Positions 1 through 9,375 are shown, counted from the first letter of the stretch. The stretch: 64,000 nucleotides of DNA from an uncultured Methanomicrobiales archaeon (GCA_963758915.1 CAVWXH010000009.1:224001-288000); one strand, 5' to 3'. Notes: a model not told the origin generated them from the sequence alone. Translations and numbers: made by a program.

Positions 1-41
1 CTGGGTTTTGTCGTATCCATCCTAATCACATCCTCCGGTTT

Positions 42-1260
42 TTAGAAAAATATCGTCCTCACAGGGCGGGAATTATTTGCATGACCCGTGACTCCGAGCA
101 AGGCTCCAAGCCCGGTACTGTCAATCATTTCGATCGATGACAGGCACTCTGCCCTTTCCAGTCCCCGTTCCGCGAGGGAAGGGGAGTATACATAATAGTG
201 CAGTCCGGTGATATCGGAGGTCGCTTCAACCATCTCCTGTACATTAAAAACCCGGTCATCCGGGGTTACTTCGTGATTCCCGCATAGCGAATAAACTCCC
301 TGCTCGATGAATATTACCCTGGTCTCGATCCCACCCATCGCGGCTGCAACTGCCATGGAAAGTCCACCAAAAGTCCATTCAGATACATATGGGGTATTGG
401 TGATCATGACGGTGAGGATTGGATTTGCCGTGTCCGTTCCGGGTTGTTCTTTTATCCGGGATACGGATGTGCCTCCGCAGGAATGCGCCAGTATCGGGTG
501 ATGCCCGATGAACCGGTCGAGGATCTCTTTCAGGGGCCTTATAGTAATGGCATCGATGCAGGATACCGGCACACAACCTCCTGTTTCCGTGTTTTTAACA
601 TAATACCCGCGGGCTGTTGCACAACGCGAACATGCACCAAACCATGGGTCTTCACCCGATCCACCCGCGACTGTTGAAAGGGCTGCTATACCCTCCCCGA
701 TATTTTCAAATTCCGAGGGCCTCTGGTACATGTGGGCAGCATGTACACCATCCAGGTAACTATACAGCTCGGGGGTCAGGCCGGCCTCAACAGCACTTTT
801 TAAAAACCTGAGCATATACACCGGAATGCGGCTCATGTAGGGAGAATAGCAGAGGAGAAATGCCACCTTGTCACTCCCCGTCCAGTTCTCCTGGATATGA
901 TTCACCAGTGACTGCCAGAAGGTTATTTCGTCGGCGGATCTGCGATCACCAGTGACATTTACATCCGGATAACGGGTAACCACTTCATCGCGAATTCCAT
1001 GCAACCGTCAGCTCGTCCCCGTCGGCAATAACACTCACTGTGGAATCCGAAAAAAGGGAACCCCATTTTTTCTCAAGCCTGGCATCTACGAGGCTCATGA
1101 GTGCATCTCCAGTGAGATACAGGTTACAGCTATTATTTGTATCCGTTATCTTTGCAGGTCCACTACTCCCGGGACTCTCCTTTTCGGGAAAACATCCTTT
1201 GATCCATTGGAGCCGTTCGGGAGATACTTCCCCGCAGAACAGGAAGTAAGAGGTTATCAT
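42..1260 (-). CDS. DsrE/DsrF/DsrH (TusD/C/B)-like sulfur-relay fusion protein, split by one indel near 1005
   Basis: ORFs 985-1269 and 42-1004 join in reading (..DGDEL/RLHGIR..). The middle part has a DsrE-like pattern (YLDGVH...ACSRCATARG). The C-terminal part is DsrF-like (TNTPY..., VIFIEQGVY, SLAERGL). The N-terminal LYLTGDAL...ADGDEL segment resembles DsrH. Confidence 0.65.
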
Positions 1261-1305
1261 CGGCAACAATCCTCGTCTTCTGGCAAAAAATTCAATATAT
1301 ACATC

Positions 1306-1833
1306 TCATACCCCGAACCCTATTAATTTCATGAGAACTACGACGGCTCCCGATACCCACGCGGCAAAAATAATTGAGCCAATACACATCCCGACGAAAA
1401 ACCAGGCCGCTTTGTAATTTCCTTCCGATGCCATTACGGTCTGCCTGATAGGGCAACCCCCAAGGTACACACAGATCAACCCGATGAAAAAACCCGGGAT
1501 TATTGCAAACAGGAAATATGCAGCGGGACTTAAGCCCCCCGGGGCACCGGGTATTGCTGTGAACAGGCCGTTTGTGTTCGCCCATAAAAATCCCTCCATG
1601 GCACTCGGGATGATGAACCAGAAGAGGAGGTACCCGGCAAACGATGCGAGAATCAGGGTTATATACCCTGACAGGAGTCGTGTGTGCCGGAAAAGGTAAT
1701 AGTCACGGAACCCGCCAATCGAACAATACCCGGACCTCTGGGCTAAATATCCAATGAGGAGCCCGAGCATGAGTGTTACTACGGGGACCGCATAGATGGC
1801 GATATCCCTGGGGAGAATTCCTATCGCTACCAT
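1306..1833 (-). CDS. YeeE/YedE family sulfur-compound (thiosulfate) transporter, C-terminal-half-like
   Basis: Hydrophobic protein with QRSGYCSIGGFRD and LGGCPIRQ motifs typical of YeeE/YedE. Confidence 0.8.
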   Translation of the reverse strand: MVAIGILPRDIAIYAVPVVTLMLGLLIGYLAQRSGYCSIGGFRDYYLFRHTRLLSGYITLILASFAGYLLFWFIIPSAMEGFLWANTNGLFTAIPGAPGGLSPAAYFLFAIIPGFFIGLICVYLGGCPIRQTVMASEGNYKAAWFFVGMCIGSIIFAAWVSGAVVVLMKLIGFGV

Positions 1834-2378
1834 TATGCTTCCTCCCGTTCTGCCCATTTTAACATGATATATGCTCCTGCAATTACACCTGCGGCCATAG
1901 AAATAATGAAGACAAGAGCACTCAGGTCACCATACCCGGTCCGTAATGCAGCCCGGTACGGGCACCCGCCAAAGATCATGGCAAGTTGTAAGACAATTAC
2001 CCCGGCAAGAAAATAGATGGCATAATCCCAGGTTGTCCCTTTCCGGATTTTATGTTCCTTTGATTTTTTTGCTGCAACATAACCCCCGATAAGAACACCG
2101 ACAATACTCATCACTGGCAGGACCGCATTTGCGGAAATGGGGGCAAGGGCAAGGTGCGTACCTGCAACAATATTGGTAAGCCCGTTCACGAGGTCACGGG
2201 TATGACAGGCAACACAAAATCCATAGGCGACGGGTCCACCGGCGCTGATAAGGAGGGCCTGGGTAAAAGCAGCGAGAATACCGATAAGGGCACCAAGAAA
2301 CGCGGGGTGTCTCATCCAGTCCCGATGAGACTGCCCTGTATGCTCACTTCCAGATTGATCTGACATGTGAGTATACAT
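1833..2378 (-). CDS. YeeE/YedE family membrane protein, N-terminal-half-like
   Basis: GFCVACHTRD and GGCPYRAALR motifs; stop overlaps the start of the next gene. Confidence 0.8.
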   Translation of the reverse strand: MYTHMSDQSGSEHTGQSHRDWMRHPAFLGALIGILAAFTQALLISAGGPVAYGFCVACHTRDLVNGLTNIVAGTHLALAPISANAVLPVMSIVGVLIGGYVAAKKSKEHKIRKGTTWDYAIYFLAGVIVLQLAMIFGGCPYRAALRTGYGDLSALVFIISMAAGVIAGAYIMLKWAEREEA

Positions 2379-2539
2379 TCATCCCTTATTGTTATAACTT
2401 TTTTTGAAATGTTTTCCATATTGGATTTTCATCATTTTGACGCTGCAAAGGTTTTAACCCAAATTTTCTACCGGAGAAATACTAAGAAATATCGGGATTT
2501 ACAGTGATCTTTACCGTAATGGACAGGTACAAGGGGTTG

Positions 2540-2698
2540 TTATTCCCACACGCATCCGCACCCGCTGCGATGAGGTAAAGCACGAATCCGGTCTTTTTCC
2601 TTGACAAGGCATACATCACAAAGGAGGACAACGCCCAGTTCCTGGTGATTCACCCTGGTAAAAGATATGCCGGATTCACCACAAACTGCACACTTCAT
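2540..2698 (-). CDS. 52-aa Cys-rich zinc-finger-like microprotein (not in the ORF track)
   Basis: Translated by hand: MKCAVCGESGISFTRVNHQELGVVLLCDVCLVKEKDRIRALPHRSGCGCVWE. Its ATG overlaps the TGA of the upstream gene (ATGA coupling). Contains CxxC...CxxC and a GCGC tail. Confidence 0.75.
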   Translation of the reverse strand: MKCAVCGESGISFTRVNHQELGVVLLCDVCLVKEKDRIRALPHRSGCGCVWE

Positions 2699-3063
2699 TT
2701 GCGGACCGCCTTCCGGACTGCCGCAACCAGTATCTCGATCTCATCGAACCTCGGGTCCGCCATCCCGTTCTTTTCAATCCCTTCTTCGGTCGCGATTATA
2801 TGGATATGAGGGGTTATGCACAGGCTTTTCAGTTTCTTCGCTGCACAATGGTCCTTACAGCCGTCAAGGACCAGCACCTTCCCACCGTTGATAACGTTCT
2901 CCATGTCATGCGTGGACTGTTTTGCATTCAGGTGCCCTTCGAACAAATCCGGTTCCCGCTGCACAAGAACTGCTGCTACCTGAGCAGTAAGTTTTCCGGT
3001 ATTGGAGATCCCCGAACAGGTAACGAGGACCAATGAATCGTTGTCATCAGGAATTAGTCTCAC
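2695..3063 (-). CDS. DGC-domain putative zinc-binding protein
   Basis: TCSGISNTGKLT and LDGCKDHCAAK motifs of the DGC family. Confidence 0.8.
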   Translation of the reverse strand: MRLIPDDNDSLVLVTCSGISNTGKLTAQVAAVLVQREPDLFEGHLNAKQSTHDMENVINGGKVLVLDGCKDHCAAKKLKSLCITPHIHIIATEEGIEKNGMADPRFDEIEILVAAVRKAVRK

Positions 3064-3112
3064 CCTGTGTCATGGTGTTACCCTGGTCAACATTTACATT
3101 CCAACTCGGATT

Positions 3113-3910
3113 TCAAGTGGATGACCGTTTTACGGCCCTTACTTTCACGCTTCGTATTGATCCCTCAATCTTCGGGAACAGCGGATCGGTAGCGGAAAGG
3201 TCGAATGGGACTCGTACCTCCTCAAGTACTGCCACATCGGTTAAATTAGCTTTTCTTATCAGGTCAAGATACGCATCCTTCATTATCGCACCCGCGACAC
3301 AGCTCGTATAGGCTTCAACCGAAGTTCGTACTGACTCAGGGAGTGGTTGGTCGAGGACAATATCGGAGACCATGAGCAGTCCTCCTGGCTTTAGTACGCG
3401 GTATGCCTCCCGGAAGACTCTCGCCTTATCAGGAGAGAGATTGATAACGCAATTCGAGATTATGAGATCGACGGAGTTATCAGCAACCGGAAGTGCTTCA
3501 ATCTCTCCGAGCCGGAACTCGACATTGGTTACCCCGGCTTTCTTTGCATTTTCCCGTGCCTTTGCGAGCATCCCGGGGGTCATATCGACCCCGATAACCA
3601 ATCCGGTCTTTCCGACCTTGCGGGCCGCAAGGAAACAATCAAACCCGGCACCGGACCCCAGGTCAAGTACGGTGTCCCCTTCGTGAATCGCAGCATGGGC
3701 AAGCGGGTTCCCACAACCAAGTCCGAGATTTGCGCCAGCCGGGACCGCATTCATTTCTTCTGCCGAATACCCTGCTTTCCCGCTCATCTCTTCTGCGGTT
3801 GTTGTGCTGCCGCAGCAGGAGGATGATGGGCCACAGCAACCGCAGCCCTGCTCCGCCACCTTTGCGTAGCCCTTTCGTACATTTTTCCGTATTTCATGTT
3901 CGTCAGTCAT
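3113..3910 (-). CDS. arsM: Arsenite S-adenosylmethionine methyltransferase
   Basis: LGLGCGNP, VLDLGSGAGFD, IISNCVINL and a downstream Cys (SCVAGA); Cys-rich N-terminus GCGCCGPSSSCCG. Confidence 0.93.
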   Translation of the reverse strand: MTDEHEIRKNVRKGYAKVAEQGCGCCGPSSSCCGSTTTAEEMSGKAGYSAEEMNAVPAGANLGLGCGNPLAHAAIHEGDTVLDLGSGAGFDCFLAARKVGKTGLVIGVDMTPGMLAKARENAKKAGVTNVEFRLGEIEALPVADNSVDLIISNCVINLSPDKARVFREAYRVLKPGGLLMVSDIVLDQPLPESVRTSVEAYTSCVAGAIMKDAYLDLIRKANLTDVAVLEEVRVPFDLSATDPLFPKIEGSIRSVKVRAVKRSST

Positions 3911-3962
3911 GATTTCACCTGGTATGTACTCGTTATTATTTCGTCAGTTATTGTCATATTGT

Positions 3963-4673
3963 TCAATCCATCCTCGTTTTCTTCTCTTCCGCTGCCTTTG
4001 CGGCACTTCGTGCCTTCAGCTTCTCGATCATGTCGAGTGCTCGTTGTTTCGCGGCCCGTTCCTTGTCATCCTGTGGTTCAGACCACGGCTGTACGACCTT
4101 CCAGGTAATCTTCCCGCTCAACGGCGGTTCCGGCCATGCCCCGGGATCGCAGAGAACCTGGCCTTTGAAATCAACCGGTTTCTCCTGGTAACAGGACCAC
4201 ACGGCCTTCCTAATTACTTCTTCTGTCTGGAACTGGCAGTCAACAAGTGTCAGCTGGTCACGGAACCTCTGGATGAATTCCATCGGGACATTATACAGGA
4301 CTGCGGTAAGTCCTGTAGTCCCGATAATACGTTTCTTTTCATCGACCCCGTTCCGGAACAATGCCTTGATTGCATCTCCTGTCTTGTGTCCTTCGGATTC
4401 GGGGCCTCCAAGGATGAGGAATCTGATGTTCGGGTTCGCAACGATATTGCAGATAACCTTCTCGATGCCGATATTTGCCGTCTGCAACGTCCCTGATAGT
4501 GCAGCCCCGCTCTCCACGCCTGTCCGTACAAGGCGTTCAATCTCGGGTGGGATCTCTTCGGCATCGGTAGTCAGGATGATAATTACTGCGACAGGGGAGT
4601 AGTCGTTGCCTCTCAGGTAACGCCCCTCTTCGGGCGGATAGGCCTCATGAGGGGCCACTTTAAGCATGACCAT
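3963..4673 (-). CDS. Soluble MtrA/MtxA-like corrinoid protein (H4MPT S-methyltransferase subunit A family)
   Basis: YPPEEGRY..GN..SPVAV, GTLQTANIGIEKVICNIVANPNIRFLIL.G.E..GH.TG (cobalt-ligand His position kept). Charged C-terminus with no membrane anchor. Confidence 0.85.
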   Translation of the reverse strand: MVMLKVAPHEAYPPEEGRYLRGNDYSPVAVIIILTTDAEEIPPEIERLVRTGVESGAALSGTLQTANIGIEKVICNIVANPNIRFLILGGPESEGHKTGDAIKALFRNGVDEKKRIIGTTGLTAVLYNVPMEFIQRFRDQLTLVDCQFQTEEVIRKAVWSCYQEKPVDFKGQVLCDPGAWPEPPLSGKITWKVVQPWSEPQDDKERAAKQRALDMIEKLKARSAAKAAEEKKTRMD

Positions 4674-5370
4674 TCACACCGTTCCTGCCTGTTTTTTCCG
4701 GAACTCTTTTCAGTATCTGGTCCATCTCATCACTGAATTTTTCAAGTCCCGCAGCAGCCAGCGCTTCTTTTGGAATACTATGGAGCAGCTGCCGGACATG
4801 CAGGGCCCCGGATACTTCTTTGTCACAGGTCTTCCCAAACCGGGGTGCAACACAGTGGTGGCAGATCCGGAGACCGAAATGCCTGAGCGTTTCGGTGTTG
4901 AGTTGCATATTAACGCATTCAGCAGCAGCTCCCCGTGTCGAACCGCATGGGGCTTCCCTTACAATTTCAATCCCGGTGATCGTTCCGTTTTCCACGGTGG
5001 TCACAAAACCGGGAAGTCCGAACTTCTCCGCGTATAAGTCGATCTCTTTGCACCCGGTCGTTGGTTCAAGGGAGCACATGGTCGGGGCCGAGGCAACATG
5101 GGGGTTGATCTCTATCGCCTGGCGGACGAGACCGGGACCGGGGGTGATACCGAGCACTACCGGTATTCCCTGTTCGACAATGGCAAGGATAACATCCGGG
5201 TGCCGGGCATAGGAGATACAGAGGTCACATGGTGGCAGGTCTATCTCGACATCCTCCATGATCGGGGATCCTGAGTATGGAACCGTGACCCACCGGCAGG
5301 TGAACTGCCGGCAGATATTCTCAAATGCCCGCTTCCCGAATAACCCGTCGCTGATGATGTTTATCTGCAT
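4660..5370 (-). CDS. DUF166 family Cys-containing protein
   Basis: G.FG.RA N-terminus, HPD, P.MCSL, FG.P, R.APCGST and HHCVAP motifs recalled for DUF166; overlaps the mtrA-like start. Confidence 0.7.
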   Translation of the reverse strand: MQINIISDGLFGKRAFENICRQFTCRWVTVPYSGSPIMEDVEIDLPPCDLCISYARHPDVILAIVEQGIPVVLGITPGPGLVRQAIEINPHVASAPTMCSLEPTTGCKEIDLYAEKFGLPGFVTTVENGTITGIEIVREAPCGSTRGAAAECVNMQLNTETLRHFGLRICHHCVAPRFGKTCDKEVSGALHVRQLLHSIPKEALAAAGLEKFSDEMDQILKRVPEKTGRNGVNGHA

Positions 5371-5389
5371 AGGCTCTCCTTTACCACCT

Positions 5390-6439
5390 TCATACCGGAG
5401 ACCCCGCCGTTTTTTCAAACTCTTTAATCCGGCGTCTCCTTCTCAATGACAACCATACAATTCCCAGCATGACGGGTATTTCAATCAATGGACCGACAAC
5501 CGTGGAGACCGCGACCATCGGCATCGCTGCAAATGCTGTCAGTGCGATGGCAATCGCCAGCTCGAAGTTCCTGCCGGTACAGTGGAAACCCATCGTTGCC
5601 GAATCTTCGTAATTGTACCCCATACGCCTCGTCGTATAGTAGACAATATGGAACAGCAGGAAGAAGAACAGGACAATGGGGACCGCCATCTGCCAGATTA
5701 AGCTCGGGTTATCGATTATCACCTCGCCTTTCAGGGCGAACATGACAACCATGGTGAACAGTAATGCGAGCAGCTGGAGGACATTGAAGCGTGGTATGAG
5801 TTTGGTGTTCAGCCATTCCACGCCTTTCCGTTTGATTACCTCCCTGCGTGTAATAACCCCTAAAAGCAAGGGCAGACCGAGATAGAGAAGGACACTCTGG
5901 GCAATAAGGACGAAATCTATGGCAATGTACGTGCCTACCAGGAGAGCGATGAAGAAAGGTGTTGTAAAAATCTGGATAATGGAATTCCATGCCATGAGTA
6001 CGATCCCGAGGGGGCCGTTACCTTTGGCAAGGTCCGTCCACACCAGCACCATCGCAATGCACGGTGCGACACCGAGCAGGATAAGGCCGGTCCACAGGGA
6101 ACTGGCGGTTTCAGCCGTGATCCAACCCATGCCCAGCAGTATCTGCTCAAAGAATACCCATCCGATGAAATAGAGCAGGAAGGGATTGACAACGTAATTG
6201 AAAAAAACAATGATGGCGACCTGTTTCTTACTCTTGAAGGCATCTTTAAGTTCTCCCAGTTCGATCTTCGTCATCGCCGGGTAGATCATCAAAAATAATC
6301 CAATCGGGATACCAATTGCGAGATGCTGGCTGAATTCAGGGAAGTATTTCCCGATTGCTAACCCGGTTACAATACAGAGAAATATCCAGAGGGCCAGGAG
6401 TTTTTCAACCCAGCCCAGTCCTCCTGTACTTTCTGTCAT
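5390..6439 (-). CDS. acr3: Acr3 arsenite efflux transporter
   Basis: About 10 TM segments; IYPAMTKI, GVAPCIAMVLVW, GRNFELAIAIA and GPLIEIPVM motifs. Confidence 0.93.
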   Translation of the reverse strand: MTESTGGLGWVEKLLALWIFLCIVTGLAIGKYFPEFSQHLAIGIPIGLFLMIYPAMTKIELGELKDAFKSKKQVAIIVFFNYVVNPFLLYFIGWVFFEQILLGMGWITAETASSLWTGLILLGVAPCIAMVLVWTDLAKGNGPLGIVLMAWNSIIQIFTTPFFIALLVGTYIAIDFVLIAQSVLLYLGLPLLLGVITRREVIKRKGVEWLNTKLIPRFNVLQLLALLFTMVVMFALKGEVIIDNPSLIWQMAVPIVLFFFLLFHIVYYTTRRMGYNYEDSATMGFHCTGRNFELAIAIALTAFAAMPMVAVSTVVGPLIEIPVMLGIVWLSLRRRRRIKEFEKTAGSPV

Positions 6440-6530
6440 TGCGATGCGCTTTCCCTGCAAAATGGCCTGTGACCCTCAGGAAATGAGGGTTTTCTGACCT
6501 GGTCCATCGTGTCCATCAAAATTCACACCA

Positions 6531-6965
6531 TCAGAGGATTTTTTCAAGAATTGCTACGGCACCGGCAACCAGTTCAGGGCATTTCGTGACGAAGAGTCTG
6601 CTTTCACGTGCCCGTTCATATTCATCCGGGTTGCTGAGGTTATACCCGAGCAGTTCCGTGCAGTTGACCGAACCATACCGGGCGGTAAATTCCTGCATGA
6701 ATTCCCTGACCAAAGCCCGCAACTTTTCGGTTGCCGCATTATCCCCCTGTATTGTCTTCCCGTATTTCAGGCCAATCACCATAATCGCCCCTGATACGGC
6801 ACCGCAGATGTTCCCTGTTTTCGAGATACCTGCACCAAAACCGCAGCCTATTTTCTTTGCCATATCCGGGTCCAGTCCGAGCTCCCCGGCAAATGTGGAG
6901 AACACTACTGACGAGCAGGTAAACCCGCTCTGGAAACTCGCAAGTGCATCATCGGATTTTGTCAT
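6531..6965 (-). CDS. C_GCAxxG_C_C family putative redox protein
   Basis: GFTCS...GFGAG...ICGAVSGA...SVNCTELLG...KC pattern. Confidence 0.85.
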   Translation of the reverse strand: MTKSDDALASFQSGFTCSSVVFSTFAGELGLDPDMAKKIGCGFGAGISKTGNICGAVSGAIMVIGLKYGKTIQGDNAATEKLRALVREFMQEFTARYGSVNCTELLGYNLSNPDEYERARESRLFVTKCPELVAGAVAILEKIL

Positions 6966-6974
6966 TGCCCACCT

Positions 6975-7439
6975 TCAGCAGCTTCCTCCGCAACGGTCCC
7001 CGCAGCCGCAGCCTCCTGGTCCCGGTTTCTTATCGTTTTGTTCCGGGACTTCTGTTCTTCCGGCTCCTTCCCAGGCTGCTGATACGACTGTTTCAATATC
7101 GGCATCTGTGTAGTCCCTTGACCCGGACTTCACAATACCCAGTTCAGTTACGATGATATGCTGTCCGGGGATGATTCCCTGCTCTGCTGCTATCTTTTTC
7201 GCACACAGCATCGGGCAGCCATCAAGGATGACCACTTCGTCAGCCTTCTTTGCATTGGCGACAAGCCCTTCGGCACCGATTGCAAGCAGAGCTACACAGG
7301 CGATATTCCCGTATCCTTCCTCGGTTAACTGGATTGCTGCTAGGTTGGTGAGCTGCCCGGTGTTTGCCTGCCCGGCACAGGGAAAGATGATCCGTTTAGG
7401 TTCGTCCTGTCCGCATGAACAGGTAGGTGTTTCTGCCAT
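6975..7439 (-). CDS. DGC-domain zinc-binding protein with Cys-rich tail
   Basis: PCAGQANTGQL, ACVA, LDGCPMLCAKK; tail GGCGCGDRCGGSC. Confidence 0.85.
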   Translation of the reverse strand: MAETPTCSCGQDEPKRIIFPCAGQANTGQLTNLAAIQLTEEGYGNIACVALLAIGAEGLVANAKKADEVVILDGCPMLCAKKIAAEQGIIPGQHIIVTELGIVKSGSRDYTDADIETVVSAAWEGAGRTEVPEQNDKKPGPGGCGCGDRCGGSC

Positions 7440-7681
7440 CACGCACCTCCACCCAGGAACTTTTTGATTTCCGGGACATCGGCGACCCTGCCTGAGATTT
7501 TCAGGTCTCCGTCCACAATAACCGCCGGCAGCATCATCACGCCCCGTTCCATGATCTGGGCGATATCATCCACTTTTACGATCTCTGCGGTGATACCAAG
7601 TTGTTTGACCGCTGCTTCGACATTGCTCATCTGCCGCTTGCAGTTTGCGCAACCGGTCCCGAGTACTTCAATGGTTACCAT
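7439..7681 (-). CDS. Small redox-active disulfide protein (MTH895/thioredoxin-like)
   Basis: IEVLGTGCANC...GVMMLPAVIVDG, 80 aa. Confidence 0.88.
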   Translation of the reverse strand: MVTIEVLGTGCANCKRQMSNVEAAVKQLGITAEIVKVDDIAQIMERGVMMLPAVIVDGDLKISGRVADVPEIKKFLGGGA

Positions 7682-7703
7682 GATTCTGACCTTGGAACAT
7701 TGT

Positions 7704-7768
7704 TTCTAATTTATTTGAAATATCAGGGATACTACCAGATAAAGATATCTATTTCATATTAAATTGAA
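7704..7768. promoter_or_regulatory. Paired ArsR-type operators upstream of the trx-DGC-acr3-arsM operon
   Basis: TTCTA-N6-TTGAA at 7704-7719 and TTCAT-N6-TTGAA at 7753-7768; the same motif occurs twice at the arsR promoter. Confidence 0.6.
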
Positions 7769-7805
7769 CCTGACAACCGGGTGTGGGAGGGACTGACCCC
7801 TGTCA

Positions 7806-8768
7806 CTACCCTAGTATCACGTTAAAGAGCAGCCCGGTAATGGTTATCGCTGCAAACATAATTCCTGCAAAGACCGCGATGAGTTTTATTTTTATTACTT
7901 TCCGGAGGATAATCATCTCCGGGAGTGATAACCCGATCACCGACATCATAAACGCGAGGGCAGTCCCGAAAGCCATACCCTTTGAGGTCAGGACATCCAA
8001 AATCGGGATCATCCCGGCTGCATTAGAATACAGGGGTATACCAATGAGCACTGCGATTGGGACTGCAAGAGGGTTATCAGGGCCTGCAATATTCACGAGG
8101 AAATCAGCCGGTGCATACCCATGAATTATCGCCCCGATTGCGATACCTATGAGGATGTATGGCAGGACCTTCAGGGTGATGCTCTTTGATTCACCTATTG
8201 CAAAGTCGGTCCGGTCCCGCCAGGTCATGACCTTGTCCGGCTGGTCATGTAACTTGCATTTATAGACGAACTCTTCGACCTGGTTTTCGAGGTGGAGCCT
8301 CCCGATAATAATTCCTGCAACGATGGCGATGATCAGGCCTGATACGATGTAGAGTGCTGCAATCTGCCACCCGAATAATGCAAAAAGCATCGCGATGGCA
8401 ACTTCATTGATCAACGGCGAAGCGATGAGGAAAGAGAACGTGATCCCCAGTGGCACACCCGACTCGACAAACCCTATAAAGAGCGGGACTGCCGAACACG
8501 AGCAGAACGGAGTAGGAATACCAAGAAGGGCCGCAAATACATTCCCCACTCCTTCGGTCCTCCCGCCTACCCATTTCTTCACTTTCTGCGGGGTAACGAA
8601 AGTCCGTATTATACCGACAAAGAATACGATGACCGCGAGAAGAGCGGTCACCTTGATCGAATCGTAGATAAAGAAATTGACCGAGGAGGCAAGCGGGGTC
8701 CCTGCTACTAATCCTAAAACCGTATACGTGACCCAGTCCGCAAACATCTGTAAATAGTCAGGAATCAT
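7806..8768 (-). CDS. arsP: ArsP-like (DUF318) permease
   Basis: TPFCSCSAVPLF, FLIASPLINE, IPLYSNAAG and SLPEMIIL motifs. Confidence 0.85.
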   Translation of the reverse strand: MIPDYLQMFADWVTYTVLGLVAGTPLASSVNFFIYDSIKVTALLAVIVFFVGIIRTFVTPQKVKKWVGGRTEGVGNVFAALLGIPTPFCSCSAVPLFIGFVESGVPLGITFSFLIASPLINEVAIAMLFALFGWQIAALYIVSGLIIAIVAGIIIGRLHLENQVEEFVYKCKLHDQPDKVMTWRDRTDFAIGESKSITLKVLPYILIGIAIGAIIHGYAPADFLVNIAGPDNPLAVPIAVLIGIPLYSNAAGMIPILDVLTSKGMAFGTALAFMMSVIGLSLPEMIILRKVIKIKLIAVFAGIMFAAITITGLLFNVILG

Positions 8769-8897
8769 CACGTGCTCCCCCCTCACATTCATAAATGTTC
8801 CATTCAGTCATCGGCGGTCCCTCGTGTGCCATCGTCGGTATTCAGAATTATATCAATAACCATTCTACCAGAATTCCCATGAACCAGCAGTTAGAGA

Positions 8898-8966
8898 TTC
8901 AAATTATCTTGAAATTATATTGTCAGTGGAAGACATATATACCTTACCATTTCATATTAATTTGAA
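8898..8966. promoter_or_regulatory. Paired ArsR-type operators in the divergent arsP/arsR promoter
   Basis: TTCAA-N6-TTGAA at 8898-8913 and TTCAT-N6-TTGAA at 8951-8966, flanking a TATA-like ATATATA. Confidence 0.65.
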
Positions 8967-8972
8967 TCTTTT

Positions 8973-9371
8973 ATGCCACAGACAAAAACACGTTCACGCC
9001 CGGCCAAATGCTGCGATGTTACAAGGGATATCCCGGATCCAGTCCGGGACGAACTTAATAAAAGAGGCGGAATGGACGGACTACTTGCCCGGATCCCGGA
9101 CCCGGCTTCACGGTATACGAGCAGCCGTCTTGCCCAGGCACTGGCCGATCCGATCCGCCTTACTGTCATGTACGCGCTTCATTCCCAGCCGCTCTGCGTC
9201 TGCGTGATCAAGGCAGTCGTCCAGATTGCAGACTCAAAGCTCTCCTACCATCTCACGATCCTAAAAGAACAGGAATTTATTGTCGGTGAACAGCAGGGCA
9301 ACTGGATTATCTACTCAATTACAGACCGTGGCCGGCAGGCACTGAAGTGTATTGAAAAAATGGGAGTCTGA
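8973..9371 (+). CDS. arsR: ArsR/SmtB family transcriptional repressor
   Basis: ALADPIRL...LCVCVI...SKLSYHL.IL...G.WI.YS winged HTH; additional N-terminal CC. Confidence 0.9.
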   Translation: MPQTKTRSRPAKCCDVTRDIPDPVRDELNKRGGMDGLLARIPDPASRYTSSRLAQALADPIRLTVMYALHSQPLCVCVIKAVVQIADSKLSYHLTILKEQEFIVGEQQGNWIIYSITDRGRQALKCIEKMGV

Positions 9372-9375
9372 ACAG

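Noticed and set aside
3909-4496. Long antisense or alternative-frame ORFs (e.g. 3909-4496, 6586-7113, 24004-24573, 42462-43124)
   Set aside because: They overlap well-supported genes on the opposite strand and show no motifs.
3963-4673. Part of the canonical mtrEDCBAFGH operon
   Set aside because: There are no neighbouring mtr subunits and no membrane anchor; the context is an ars operon.
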